This document shows, one piece after another, positions 48,941-59,948 of a stretch of DNA of 64,000 bases (its first letter is position 1; each line of letters begins with the position of its first letter). This DNA comes from an uncultured Actinomycetota bacterium. Its GTDB lineage: Bacteria; Actinomycetota; Actinomycetes; Streptosporangiales; Streptosporangiaceae. The notes beneath the pieces are model-generated. The model ran no database searches. It saw only the letters and a program-made list of their open reading frames with translations, and had not been told where the DNA came from. Where the stretch lies: assembly GCA_963811335.1 (NCBI GenBank), contig CAWERB010000021.1, positions 19,997-83,996 of the forward strand, given 5' to 3'. The translations under genes were made by a program, and so were the position numbers.

Positions 48941-50626
48941 GTGAATGCCGTACTGACCGCTAGGGGGCTGTCCGCGGGGCACGCCGACCGGGTCATCTTC
49001 TCCGGAGTGGGCCTCGTGGTGTCGCCTGGCAAGGTGACCGGCCTGGTCGGCGCCAACGGGGCCGGGAAGTCCACGCTGCTGCGGATGCTCGCCGGGCTGG
49101 ACGAAGCTGTGCTCGCCAACGCGGGGCGCGACGCCGGGTCCGTGTCGCTTAACCCGCCGACGGCGACCGTCGGGTACCTGCCGCAGGAGCCGGAGCGGCG
49201 GGCGGGCGAGAGCGTGCTCGCGTTCATCGGGCGGCGGACCGGGGTCGCCGGCGCCGCCGACGCACTCGACGCCGCGACGGCCGCGCTTGAGGCCGGGGAA
49301 GCGGGGGCGGAGGACGCGTACGCGGCGGCGTTCGACCGGTGGATGAGCCTGGGCGGTGCGGACCTGGAGGAGCGGACCGCCAAGGTCGCTGCCTCGCTCG
49401 GGCTCACCGGGCACCCGGGAACGCCGGGGCGGCTGGCGGCGCCGATGACCTCGTTGTCCGGCGGGCAGGCCGCGCGGGCGAATCTCGCGTCGCTGCTGTT
49501 GTCGCGGTACGACATCTTCCTGCTCGACGAGCCGACCAACGACCTGGACACCGACGGGCTCGCCATCCTGGAGGACTTCGTGGTGAAGCTGCGGGCCGGG
49601 ACGGTGCTCGTCAGCCACGACCGGGCCTTCCTCGAACGGACGGTGGACCAGGTGCTCGAACTCGACCCGGTGCAGCAGTCGGTGCACCTGTACAGCGGCG
49701 GGTACCTCGCGTACCTGGACGAGCGGGGGATCGCCCGGCAGCACGCACGGGACGCCTACGAGAAGTACGCCGACCAGAAGGCGGCCCTGACGATGAGGAT
49801 GCGGACGCAGGGCAGCTGGGCGGACAAGGGCGTGCGGCAGGCCCGGGCCAAGGCACCGGACAAGGACAAGCACCGGCTTTCCGCGCAGGTCAACCGGACG
49901 GAGAAGCTGGCCAGCAAGATCAAGATCACCGAGCGGATGCTGGAGCGGCTCGAGGTCGTGGACGAGCCGCGCAAGGAGTGGGGGCTGCGGATGACGATCG
50001 CGGCGGCACCCCGCTCGGGAACCGTCGCCGCAACGCTGCGCGACGCGGTCGTGTCGCTGCCCGGCTTCACGCTCGGACCCGTGAACCTGCAGGTGAACTG
50101 GGCTGACCGGGTCGCCGTCACCGGGCCGAACGGAGCAGGCAAGTCAACGCTTATCGGCGCTTTGCTCGGCCGCGTGCCGCTCTCGTCCGGTGCCGCGTCG
50201 CTCGGGTCCGGGATCTCGGTAGGCGAGGTAGACCAGGCACGCTCGCTTTTCGACGGTCCCGCGCCGCTGCTTGCGGCGTTCGCCGCGCAGGTACCCGGTC
50301 ATCTTCCGGAAGACAGCCGGACGCTGCTGGCCAAGTTCGGCCTGAAGGCAGACCACGTGCTCCGTCCGTCCTCGTCACTGTCGCCGGGGGAGCGGACCAG
50401 GGCCGCGCTCGCGCTGCTGCAAGCGCGCGGCGTGAACCTGCTCGTCCTCGACGAGCCGACCAACCACCTCGACCTGCCCGCCATCGAGCAGCTGGAGTCG
50501 GCGCTTGACGGGTACCCGGGGACGTTCCTCCTGGTGACGCACGACCGCAGGATGCTGGAGTCGGTGTCCGTCACCCGCCGGCTCGCCGTGTCGGACGGCC
50601 GGGTCACCGAGGTTGACGTGGCCTGA
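48941..50626 (+). CDS. ABC-F family ATPase, probably leaderless
   Basis: Two NBDs (GANGAGKS/LSGGQ/DEPTN and GPNGAGKS/LSPGE/DEPTN), no TM; TAGATT -10 element 7 nt before GTG. Confidence 0.92.
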   Translation: MNAVLTARGLSAGHADRVIFSGVGLVVSPGKVTGLVGANGAGKSTLLRMLAGLDEAVLANAGRDAGSVSLNPPTATVGYLPQEPERRAGESVLAFIGRRTGVAGAADALDAATAALEAGEAGAEDAYAAAFDRWMSLGGADLEERTAKVAASLGLTGHPGTPGRLAAPMTSLSGGQAARANLASLLLSRYDIFLLDEPTNDLDTDGLAILEDFVVKLRAGTVLVSHDRAFLERTVDQVLELDPVQQSVHLYSGGYLAYLDERGIARQHARDAYEKYADQKAALTMRMRTQGSWADKGVRQARAKAPDKDKHRLSAQVNRTEKLASKIKITERMLERLEVVDEPRKEWGLRMTIAAAPRSGTVAATLRDAVVSLPGFTLGPVNLQVNWADRVAVTGPNGAGKSTLIGALLGRVPLSSGAASLGSGISVGEVDQARSLFDGPAPLLAAFAAQVPGHLPEDSRTLLAKFGLKADHVLRPSSSLSPGERTRAALALLQARGVNLLVLDEPTNHLDLPAIEQLESALDGYPGTFLLVTHDRRMLESVSVTRRLAVSDGRVTEVDVA

Positions 50627-50656
50627 GACGGCCACCGGCGGGCCAGCCCGGGCGTC

Positions 50657-51322
50657 TCAGGACAGGCCGGGCCGGACCAGGCCGGTCTCGTAGGCGATCA
50701 CGACGAGCTGGGCCCGGTCGCGGGCGCCGAGCTTGGCCATCGCCCGGTTGACATGGGTCTTGGCGGTCAGCGGGCTCATGAACAGGGCGGCCGCGATCTC
50801 GTCGTTGCTCATGCCCGCAGCGACCCGGGCGAGCACTTCCCGCTCCCGATCGGTGAGCACTGACAGTGCGGAGGCGTTGACGGGCTGGGCTGGTCCGCGC
50901 CCGGCGATGCTGGCGATGAGCGTGCGGGTGACGCTCGGCGACAGCAGGGCGTCACCGCGGGCGACGATCCGGATAGCGCCGATGAGGTCTTCCGGCTCGG
51001 TGTCCTTGACGAGGAAGCCGCTTGCCCCGGCGCGGATCGCCTCGAAGACGTACTCGTCTGTTTCGAAGGTGGTCAGGATGATGACGCGTACCCCGCTCAG
51101 CTCGGGGTCGGCGGCGATCTGCCGGGTCGCCTGCAGCCCGTCGGTGCCGGGCATGCGGATGTCCATCAGCACCACCTCAGCCCGCAGCGAGCGGGCCAGG
51201 CCGACGGCGGCCGCTCCGTCCGCGGCCTCCCCGACGACTTCGATGTCGGGCGCCGAGCCGGCGATGAACCGAAAGCCGGCCCGGACGAGGGCCTGGTCGT
51301 CGGCGAGCAGGACCCTGATCAC
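50657..51322 (-). CDS. NarL/LuxR-family response regulator
   Basis: VIRVLLADDQALVRAG, MDIRMP, LTDREREV HTH. Confidence 0.92.
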   Translation of the reverse strand: MIRVLLADDQALVRAGFRFIAGSAPDIEVVGEAADGAAAVGLARSLRAEVVLMDIRMPGTDGLQATRQIAADPELSGVRVIILTTFETDEYVFEAIRAGASGFLVKDTEPEDLIGAIRIVARGDALLSPSVTRTLIASIAGRGPAQPVNASALSVLTDREREVLARVAAGMSNDEIAAALFMSPLTAKTHVNRAMAKLGARDRAQLVVIAYETGLVRPGLS

Positions 51323-52540
51323 GGCTCGCGATCTCGGCGGTGCGCGGTCCCGGCTCAGGCGCTGCGCCACCGGCAGCCGGGCGTGGACGGCGAATCCGCC
51401 GCCGGGACGCGGCCCCGCGTCCAGGGTGCCGCCGAGCGCGGCCGCTCGCTCGCGCATCCCGGCCAGTCCTGCCCCGGTGCCGTCGCTGCAGGCCGCGGGC
51501 GCCTGGCCGCCGTCGTTGACCACGTCCACCTGCAGGTATCCGTCGTCGTGCCGCAGGCTCACGGTCGCGGTGACCCGGCCGGCGTGCCGGACCACGTTGG
51601 TCAGCGACTCCTGCACGATCCGGTAGGCGGCGAGGGCGACCGGCGGCGGCAGCGGGCCTGGCGGCCGGCCAGCTCCAGCGTGGTGGGCGTCCCGGCGGCG
51701 CTGGTCGCCGTGACGAGCGCGGCGATGGCGCGCAGGTCCGGCTCCGGCATCGCCGGGTTCCCGCCGTCGGCTTGCCGCAGCACCTCGAGGATGGCTCGCA
51801 GCTCGCGCAGCCCGGACTTGCTGGCCTGGCGGATCGCCTGGATCGCCTCGGCCACGCTCGCCGGATCCGCGGCCAGCTGCATGCTCGCCGCGGTGGCCTG
51901 AACGTTGATCATCGCCATCGAGTGGGCGACCACATCGTGCAATTCGCGCGCGATCCGCATCCGCTCGGCGTCGACGCGCCTGCGGGTTTCCTCCTCCCGG
52001 GCCTGCTCGGCCCGCGCTGCGCGGTCAGACTCGGCGGCCAGCCACTGCCGGCGCGCCGCTACCGACGCGCCGACCGCGCCGGCGGCGAGCAACTCGGGCC
52101 ACATCGTGGCGTTCGGGCCGCCGAACCAGCCGAACGGCCCGAGTAGTCCCTCGGCCGTGAAGATAGCAGCCGCCCCGGCGAGCCCGGCGGCAACCGCGAT
52201 GCGCCGCGGGCGGGTCAGCGCCACCCAGTACAGGCTGACGATGACCGGAACGAGCGCGGCGCCGTCGATCTGCCCGAGCGCCGCCCATCCCACCGCGCCG
52301 CCCACGGCGAGGCCGAGCACCTCCACCGGGCGGCGGTTACGCCAGATCAGCGCGATGGCAGGGGACCGCGAGCAACAGGTAAGCGGCCAGCGGCGGATGG
52401 CTGGTCAGGTGCAGGCCGCCGTAGCGGTGCGCCGGATTGGCCTCAACGTAGGCGCCGGCCACGGCCAGTGCGGTCACCAGCGCCACGCCTGCCGCGGCCC
52501 GCCAGGCCCGCGGCAGCCTGGCCACGCTCTTGATGCCCAT
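51319..52540 (-). CDS. HisKA_3 sensor histidine kinase (several frameshifts)
   Basis: TM helices; ERMRIARELHDVVAH, QESLTNVVRHA, GLAGMRERA. Confidence 0.88.
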
Positions 52541-52744
52541 CACCCGGCAGCGTATCGCCGGCGGCGGGGGAGGCGTCATCGTCGCGGCGCAGGCGGGCCG
52601 TGCTACCGCGCTGGCAGTACCCGCTGCTGCCGGCGCGGTATCTCGCCGGACGCCAGCTGGACGATGCCCGATTACCTGAGCTCGGCCGAGCCTGGTGATC
52701 AGCGGCGCAACCGGGCGCCGCGAGCCGCATGAGGGAGTACGCAC

Positions 52745-53398
52745 GTGCAAACCACCACCACGACCACTGATGCGCCGCACGTCAAGCCGGGCCGCGCCCG
52801 GGCGCTGTGCGTTGCGAGCGGCGCACTGGCCGCCGCCCTGGCCTGGACCGTGGTAGCCCACGTGCTCCTTATCCGCCTGACCTTCCGCTTCGGCGCCGGC
52901 CAGGCCCAGACAGTCGAGATCGGCCAGGTCACCGGCGTCACCGTGGCGGCCTCGCTGCTTGGCTGGCTGCTGCTCGCCCTGCTCGAGCGGCGCACCGCCC
53001 ATGCCCGGCGGCCATGGGTCATCACCGCGCTGGCGGTGCTGGCGGCGTCACTGGCGCTGCCGCTGACCGCCGCGACGACCACCTCGGCCGCCGCCGGGCT
53101 CATCGCGCTGCACGTGACCGTCGGGGCGGTGGTGATCCCCGGCCATGGCGCGCACGGCCCGGGGACGCTGACCGTGACGGTCACCGCTAGGTGCCGGCCG
53201 GGAGCCGGCGGCGGCCCCGGTCCAGACGGACGGGCCGCCGGCGGCCTCCCTGGGTTACCGGCCCGCGGCTCGGACGCTCCGCCGCCGCCGCGGGTGCTTC
53301 CGCCGCCGGAAACTCGGTCACCTCGTCGGGGACGCGGCTGGTGCCGTGCCGTAGGCCAGGAAGCGCGGCGATCAGGCCGAGTGCCGCCACGCCGGTGA
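52745..53398 (+). CDS. DUF6069-like membrane protein (true end probably ~53171)
   Basis: Four TM segments, LGWLLLALLERRT, LIALHV; tail looks like frameshift read-through. Confidence 0.7.
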   Translation: MQTTTTTTDAPHVKPGRARALCVASGALAAALAWTVVAHVLLIRLTFRFGAGQAQTVEIGQVTGVTVAASLLGWLLLALLERRTAHARRPWVITALAVLAASLALPLTAATTTSAAAGLIALHVTVGAVVIPGHGAHGPGTLTVTVTARCRPGAGGGPGPDGRAAGGLPGLPARGSDAPPPPRVLPPPETRSPRRGRGWCRAVGQEARRSGRVPPRR

Positions 53399-54773
53399 TG
53401 AGGTAGAGCGCCGGCCGGTAGGCCGACAGCGTCGCGGCGGGTGACGTGAGCGTGTTCGCGCCGGCCGCGTCGATGACGGCGGTGACCACCGCGAGCACCA
53501 CCGCGCCGCCGACTTGGAACGAGGTCTGGAACAGGCTCGCGGCCAGCCCCTGCTGCTCGTTCCGCACGCCGGAGGTGGCAGCGACGGTTAGTGCGGAGAA
53601 GCCGAATCCGAACGCCGCGCCAAGCAGGATCACCGACGGCAGCATCACGGCCGGGTAATCCGGCGTCACCCCTGCCCTCAGGAACACGGCATAGCCGGCC
53701 ACGAGCGAGGTGAAGGCGACGACAACCAGTGCCCCCGGGCCGAACCGGTTGAGCAGTCCGGCGACGCGCACCGACAGCACGAGGACGATGACGCCGGCCG
53801 GAAGGAACGCCAGCGCGGTCGAGATCGCCGACCAGTGCGCCAGCGACTGCAGGTACTGAGTCAGCAGGAACTGAAAGGACACGTAGCTGCCGAACAGCGT
53901 GACCGCCCCGACCTGGGCCCGGCGCAGGGGCGCCGACCGGAAGATGCCGGACGGGACGAGCGGATGGGTGCTCCGCGTCTCGATCAGCGCGAACAGTCCT
54001 CCCAGCAAGGCAACCGAGAAGAACGAGGCGATCGTACGGGAAGAGGCCCAGCCTGGCCTGGGCGTCCACCACCGTGTAGACCAGCAGCAGCATGGCCGCG
54101 GTGATGACCGCCGCGCCCGGCAGGTCGAACCGGTGCCAGGCCCGGCTCGCCCGGTCGCCCGGCTCGCCCCGCGGGATCAGCGTCAGGGCGCCGAGCAGCA
54201 CGAGTGCGGCCGCCGGCGCGGACACCAGCAGGGTCAGGCGCCAGCTGACCTGGGTGAGCAGGCCGGACAACACGAGGCCGAGCGAGAACCCGCTGGCGCC
54301 GAACACCGAGTAGACGCTGAACGCCCGGTTGCGCAGCGGGCCCTCAGGGAACGTGGTAGTCAGCAGCGACATGCTGGCCGGCGCCGTGAACGCCGCCGCC
54401 ATGCCCTTGACGATGCGGGCCGCGATCAGCAGGCCCGGGCTTGACACGAGGCCGCCGAGCAGCGAGACGGCGGCGAACACCGCGACCGCGGCGACGAACA
54501 CCCGGCGGCGGCCGAGCAGGTCGGCGGCGCGCCCGCCGAGCAGCAGGAGGCCGCCGTAGCCGAGCGTGTACCCGCTGACGATCCACTGCAACGACGCGGT
54601 GCTCATGTGCAGCGCGCTCCGGATCGATGGCAGCGCGACTCCGACCATCGACACGTCGAGGCCGTCGAGCAGCAGCGCGCCGCTGAGAACGATGAGGATT
54701 CCCCACAGCTGGGGGGTCCAGGTGGTTTCTGTTGAGGCGGCCAGCGGCTCCCGCCTGCCGAGGACGATGCCAT
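53187..54773 (-). CDS. DHA2-type MFS transporter (frameshifts near the start and ~54050)
   Basis: LDGLDVSMVGVALPSI, LQWIVSGYTL, GGRAADLLGRRR. Confidence 0.88.
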
Positions 54774-54784
54774 ACGCCCGACTT

Positions 54785-54833
54785 TATGCATGTACGTGCA
54801 ATGAATGCAAGTGCAATTAATGTACTTGCAAAT
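54785..54833. promoter_or_regulatory. MarR operator region
   Basis: AT-rich stretch with repeated TGCA palindromic cores between the divergent MFS and marR genes. Confidence 0.6.
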
Positions 54834-54860
54834 ATGGAGCGAACGGACTAGCATGCGCGC

Positions 54861-55316
54861 ATGAGCAGGAGCGCAGTGCCCGGCCGCCAGGCGCCGTCAG
54901 GCGGCGCTGGGGAGTCCGGGCTCCAGGACCGCGACGCGGCGGTCAAGGCCGCCTGGCGCGCGCTCATCGCGGCTAAGGTCGCATCCTGGAACGCGCTGGA
55001 ACGCGAGCTCGGGGAGTCGCACGGACTCGGCGTGAGCGACTTCGAGGTGCTCGACTACCTGGCCGCCAAGCCCGACGGCTGCCGGTCCCAGAGCCTGGCC
55101 GACGCGGTGCACCTCAGCCAGAGCGCGCTATCCCGGCTCGCCGACCGGCTGGAAAGGCACGGCCTTGTCCAGCGCAGCAATTGCGTTGACGACCGCCGGG
55201 GAATCAACCTCGTCCTGACGGCCGCGGGACGGGACAAGCACGACCAGGCACTGCGGACGTACTGCGCGGTGCTGGCCAGGACGTTGCCGCCGGAACTCAT
55301 CGCGCGCTTCGGGTAA
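54861..55316 (+). CDS. MarR-family regulator
   Basis: SDFEVL, LSQSALSRLADRLE, DDRRG. Confidence 0.9.
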   Translation: MSRSAVPGRQAPSGGAGESGLQDRDAAVKAAWRALIAAKVASWNALERELGESHGLGVSDFEVLDYLAAKPDGCRSQSLADAVHLSQSALSRLADRLERHGLVQRSNCVDDRRGINLVLTAAGRDKHDQALRTYCAVLARTLPPELIARFG

Positions 55317-55410
55317 GCGCCGCGGAAGGGGAACCGCGCCTGGCGTTGCGGCTGATGTTTATGATCCTTCCGAACGAGTGCGTGTACCTTCCGCGCCGCC
55401 GCACGGCACC

Positions 55411-55537
55411 ATGGAGCGGTGGACACCGCTGTCGTGCTGTTCACCGGTGACCTGGTTGTCAGCCGGACTCACGATGTACGCCGCGGCAGTGGCACATTCC
55501 TGCATGGCGGCCCCAGAAGATCGGACCCTGCTCATCT
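55411..55537. pseudogene. fused 5' remnants of photolyase (+) and acyl-CoA ligase (-) paralogues
   Basis: 55411-55453 matches 56644-56687 (VDTAVVLFTGDL); 55446-55537 matches 48599-48690 (MQECATAAAYIVSPADN plus upstream DNA). Confidence 0.8.
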
Positions 55538-56319
55538 CATCGATCCTGGTCCTCGCCAAGCGACCGCGCGGCCCTGGCCAGCTCGCGCAGGAGTTCGAGG
55601 GTGTCGCCCGGGCGCCCGACCAGGACGCGGACGTGCGGCAGGTGCTCGCGGATCTCCAAGGCTTCCTTGGTTGCGGTCCGGACGCCGCCCGCCGTCGTCG
55701 GCGAGAGGACGATCAAGTCGGCGGCGGTGTCGGCGGCAAAGGCGATGAGATCGCCCGCCGGCAGGTCGGCGGCCAGGTGGTGGACCTGCCAGTGATCCTC
55801 GCGCAGGCAGGCCGTCGCCATCAAGGCAGGCAGCGCGTGCCGGTCGCCCGGCGGCGTCGCGGCCACCGCGACGCCGCGCGGGCGCCCCTGTAGCTGGCGG
55901 ACCTGGCCGGCGAGGAGCCGTTCGCAGATCGCGGTCGCCCGGTGCTCGACGGCGACAGAAACCTCCCCGACGGCCCACCCCGCGCCGACCCGGTGCAGCG
56001 CCGGCGCGATCACCTGGTCGCACACCGTGGTGAGCGACGCGCCGGCGGTGAGCCGCGTGAACTTGCGCAGCGCCCGGATCTCATCCCCGGTCACCAGCGC
56101 CACGTACATCCTGACAGCCTGCGCAGGCCAGTCGGTGACCTTGACCTCTTGCGGCGGCACCGTGCCTGCCGCCCGGCTGGCCAGCAGGTCACGAACGTCG
56201 CCTTCCGCCACCTCGTAGCCGCGCGGCGTCTTCCGCGCCGGCAGCATGCCCTGCCGGACCCACGCGCAGGCGGTCTGGTAGTGCACGCCGAGCGTCGCTG
56301 CCGCGTCTCGTAGCTGCAT
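55537..56319 (-). CDS. CarH/LitR-like regulator: HTH plus B12-binding domains
   Basis: N-terminal MerR/excisionase-like HTH; W-x9-EH (WAVGEVSVAVEH); PPGDRHALP cobalamin His motif. Confidence 0.85.
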   Translation of the reverse strand: MQLRDAAATLGVHYQTACAWVRQGMLPARKTPRGYEVAEGDVRDLLASRAAGTVPPQEVKVTDWPAQAVRMYVALVTGDEIRALRKFTRLTAGASLTTVCDQVIAPALHRVGAGWAVGEVSVAVEHRATAICERLLAGQVRQLQGRPRGVAVAATPPGDRHALPALMATACLREDHWQVHHLAADLPAGDLIAFAADTAADLIVLSPTTAGGVRTATKEALEIREHLPHVRVLVGRPGDTLELLRELARAARSLGEDQDR

Positions 56320-56651
56320 GGCTGGTTCTCCAAGCTCGATTCTTTAGTGGAGTATTGATTAAGAGTCGCGGGCCCAAGGATGCGACACGAGTATGGGACT
56401 GACGTGCTCCGGTGTGATGGGTGCCAAACCCGACGAGGCGTTCACCTGGCATTCCCGGCCGGGGCCATCACGCGCCTGACGCCGCCGTGGTAGCTGGCGC
56501 GTGGCGCAGGAGGCGGCTTCGGTCCGCTGCTCGCGCGACAGGCAGTGGATCGGTGACCACCTCGCGGGGACCCTGGTGATCGCGGACGGCCGCTAGACCC
56601 GCACCCGTGTCGTTATCGCCGCGCGACGGCACCGCGTCGCATCATGGAGCG

Positions 56652-57955
56652 GTGGACATCGCTGTCGTGCTTGTTCACCCGTGACCTGCGGGTGCGGGAC
56701 AACCCGGCGCTCGCGGGCGCGTCCGCGCGGGCCCGCGCGGTGCCTGCCGCTGTTCGTCGTGGACCCGGCGCTCGCCGTGCCGCCGAACCGGGCGCGGTTC
56801 CTCGCCGAGTCGCTCGCGGTGCTCAGGGAAGAGCTGCGCGGGCTGGGCGGCGACCTGGTGATCCGGAAGGGCGACCCGGCCGCCACGGCGGTCAGGCTGG
56901 CGACGCGGGTGAAGGCGGAGGCCGTATTCGTCGCCGACGACGTGTCCAGGTACGCGGCGCGGCGCACCGTGCGGCTCGCGCGGGAGTGCGCAAGGCACCG
57001 GATGGCGCTCGAGGTCACCCCCGGCCACGCGGTCGTTCCCGCGGGAGAACTGCGCCCGGCGGGCAGCGATCACTACCGGGTCTTCACGCCGTACTGGCGC
57101 GCCTGGCAGGCCGCCAGCTGGCGGCGGCCGCATGAGGTGCCCCAGGCCGTCGCCGTCCCGGCGGGCATCGAGCCTGGTGAGCTGCCTTCCGCCGGGACGG
57201 GCTGCTCGCCGGGCCTCGCGCCGGGCGGGGAGCGGGCGGGCCTGGACCGGGTCCGCGGCTGGCTGGACGGGCCGGCGCAGGGCTACGACGCCCGGCGCGA
57301 CGACCTGGCCGCCGACGGCACGTCCCGGCTGAGCGCCTACCTGCGGTTCGGCTGCGTGTCACCGCTTGAGCTCGCGCGAGCCGCGCTGCAGTTGCCTGGC
57401 GGCGCGGAGTTCTGCAGGCAGCTGGCCTGGCGTGACTTCTTCCACCAGGTCACGGCCGCGTTCCCGGACATGGGATCAGCCGACTACCGGCCGGGCTCGC
57501 GCGGGTGGGCGCAGGACCCGGACGCGCTGGACGCCTGGCGGGCAGGACGCACCGGTATCCCCATCGTCGACGCCGGCCTTCGGCAGCTCGCCGCCGAGGG
57601 CTTCATGCACAACCGGGCCCGGATGATCACCGCCTCGTTCCTCACCAGGACCCTGAGCATCGACTGGCGGCACGGGTACCGGCATTTCGCCGGGCTGCTC
57701 GCCGACGGCGACGTGGCCAACAACGCGGGCAACTGGCAATGGGTCGCCGGGACCGGCAACAACACGCGGCCCGGCCGGGTACTCAACCCGCTGCGCCAGG
57801 CGGCCCGGTTCGACCGGAACGGCGACTACGTGCGCCGGTACGTCCCGGAGCTCGCGGGCCTCGACGCGCCGCTCGTCCACACGCCGTGGCGGCTGCCCGC
57901 GGCGCGGCGCGGGCAGCTCGGCTACCCCAGCCCGATCACGGGGAACCCGGGATGA
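56652..57955 (+). CDS. phr: deoxyribodipyrimidine photolyase (5' frameshifts)
   Basis: FTRDLRVRDNPAL, YRVFTPY, TSRLSAYLRFG, GFMHNRARM, NWQWVAG, YVRRYVPEL. Confidence 0.9.
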
Positions 57956-58644
57956 TCGAAAAGATCTTGCCGGCGACGGTGGCGTGCGCGGAAGCGTTCG
58001 CCGACCCGCCTGGCGCCGTGCTGTTCCCTGAGGAAGAGGCGCTGCTGGGTGCGTCGGTGGACAGGCGCCGCCGCGAGTTCGCGACGGCCAGGAGCTGCGC
58101 GCGGACGGCGCTGGCGGAACTGGGCGTGACGCCGGCGCCCATCCTGCGCGGTGAGCGGGGCGAACCGCGGTGGCCGCCCGGCTTCGTCGGCAGCATCACG
58201 CACTGCGCCGGGTACCGGGCCGCCGCGGTCGCCCGCGCCAGGGACGTACGCTCCATCGGGGTGGACGCCGAGCCGGGCGAGCCCCTGCCGGACGGCGTGC
58301 TCGGCATCGTCTCCGGGCCCGGCGAACGGGAGCGGCTGCGCCGCCTGGCGGCCGCGGCGCCAGGCACCTGCTGGGACAGGCTGCTGTTCAGCGCCAAGGA
58401 GTCGGTGTACAAGGCGTGGTTCCCGCTGACCGGGCGGTGGCTCGGCTTCGAGGACGTGGACCTCAGTCTCGACCCCGGCGGCACCTTCGCCGCGCGGCTG
58501 CTGACCGACGCCGCGCGGGCAGGCGGTTTCTTGCTGACCGGGTTCGCCGGCCGGTGGCTGGCCAGCGACGGGTTCATCGTGACGGCGGTAACCGTGCCGT
58601 CCGGCGGCGCACGGGCGAGGGATGAACGGCCGGGGGGCGGGTAG
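57952..58644 (+). CDS. 4'-phosphopantetheinyl transferase (EntD/PptT type)
   Basis: RRREF, GEPRWPPGFVGSITHC, GVDAE, FSAKESVYKAW; ATGA overlap with phr. Confidence 0.92.
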   Translation: MIEKILPATVACAEAFADPPGAVLFPEEEALLGASVDRRRREFATARSCARTALAELGVTPAPILRGERGEPRWPPGFVGSITHCAGYRAAAVARARDVRSIGVDAEPGEPLPDGVLGIVSGPGERERLRRLAAAAPGTCWDRLLFSAKESVYKAWFPLTGRWLGFEDVDLSLDPGGTFAARLLTDAARAGGFLLTGFAGRWLASDGFIVTAVTVPSGGARARDERPGGG

Positions 58645-58653
58645 CGGGGGCGC

Positions 58654-58887
58654 ATGGCTGATTCAGAGACCAGCGCCCGCGAGTCGGCGGCCGAACTGCG
58701 GATTACCCGGGTCAGTGCGCTCAGCGACCACAACCTCGTCGCGGTGGTGACCTACCTGCTCGCCAAGCACCCGGATACCTTCCCGCCGATGCTTGACGAC
58801 GCGCTCAGCGCGGTCAGCCCCAAGGCAGGCGGCGCAACGCCCGCCGCGGGCACGGGCTCCGCAGGCGAGGGCAAGCGCGAGTGGTGA
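58654..58887 (+). CDS. hypothetical protein (77 aa)
   Basis: High-GC3 codon pattern; follows the PPTase gene by 9 bp. Confidence 0.55.
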   Translation: MADSETSARESAAELRITRVSALSDHNLVAVVTYLLAKHPDTFPPMLDDALSAVSPKAGGATPAAGTGSAGEGKREW

Positions 58888-59113
58888 GGTAATTGGGGGA
58901 GCGGGGTGGTGAAACACGCGCCCGTTCTGGCTAGGTGTTGGGGGCCCGGCGGTCCGCAGTCCGCTACCCGCGCGCTCTCGGGTCAACCGGGCGCGGCGGC
59001 TGTCGTCAGGCGACTAGCGCGGCGGCGATTCGCTGAGACCCGGCACATTAACCGCGGAAGCGGCGCTGCGGGAAAGTGGTACCGGTTGATCACCGTGACC
59101 CCAAGGAGCAGCC

Positions 59114-59410
59114 GTGGCGATAACCGCGATTCTTGACCTGCAGCTCAAGCCCGAGTCGGTGGAAACCGCGTCCGAGGTCATCCACGAGACGCTCACCGCC
59201 ACCCGCGCGTTCCCCGGCTGCTTCCACGTCGCGGTGCTTGTCGACAGCAATGACCCGGCGCACGTGGTCCTCTACGAGACCTGGGAGTCGGTCGAGCACG
59301 ACAGCGCCTACCGCGCGTGGCGGGCCACTCCTGAGGGCGCCTCCCGGCTCGGCTCCATCCTGGCCGCCGCGCCCAAACTCACCCGGTTCACCGTCGCCGA
59401 AGGCGTCTAG
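59114..59410 (+). CDS. antibiotic biosynthesis monooxygenase (ABM) family protein
   Basis: AAGGAG RBS; TRAFPGC...LYETWESVEHDSAY. Confidence 0.85.
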   Translation: MAITAILDLQLKPESVETASEVIHETLTATRAFPGCFHVAVLVDSNDPAHVVLYETWESVEHDSAYRAWRATPEGASRLGSILAAAPKLTRFTVAEGV

Positions 59411-59439
59411 CTGACGGCTACCGCTCCAGCAGGTCGCCG

Positions 59440-59680
59440 ACAAGGCCGGCGGCGTGCGCGCGTACGCGGCCTGCTCCGGCACGAGCAGCGGCCCCGCGCC
59501 GAGCACCTGGCGGGCCGCGGCGGTGTGATCCGGCGTGGTGAAGTAGGGATGGGCGCCGGCGTACCTGGCCGACAGCTGCAGCATCTTCGGGCCGAGCGCG
59601 GCGAGCACGATGGGCGGCAGCGCCTGCCCGCCGCGGTGCTGCGCGGGGTGGTCGAGTTCGTCGAGGAACCGCTGCATCTT
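59440..59680 (-). pseudogene. internal fragment of an F420-dependent LLM-class oxidoreductase
   Basis: VLAALGPKMLQLS...GAHPYFTTPDHTAAARQVLG.GPLLVPEQ; both ends missing. Confidence 0.7.
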
Positions 59681-59948
59681 CCGCAGCCGCCATGCCCGTT
59701 GTCATCTCCCGAACGCCGCCGGGGCGTACGCCACCTATACCGCCACGCCAAGCTCAACGACCGCGCACCCGGCGGCCGCGGTGCCGCCCAGACAGCGGGC
59801 CGTGGTAGCCGGTCTGACGGAGAACGCCGCGGCCGTTGAGGTGCCGGCCGCTCTCGTTCTCAGAGAGCGTCGGCAGACAGTGCATGGCATGCTGATGCTC
59901 ATCGCGCGTACCCGCGCGGGCGGGACTGGGTGAAAGGGGCTGCAGCAC

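Noticed and set aside
48941-50626. Antibiotic-resistance ABC-F
   Set aside because: Subfamily cannot be assigned by eye, and no attenuator leader is evident
50657-51616. HATPase-response regulator fusion protein
   Set aside because: Most likely a frameshift artefact joining the kinase tail to a normal regulator starting at 51322
57505-58644. 379-aa extended PPTase
   Set aside because: The extension is an off-frame overlap with phr; the start is ATG at 57952
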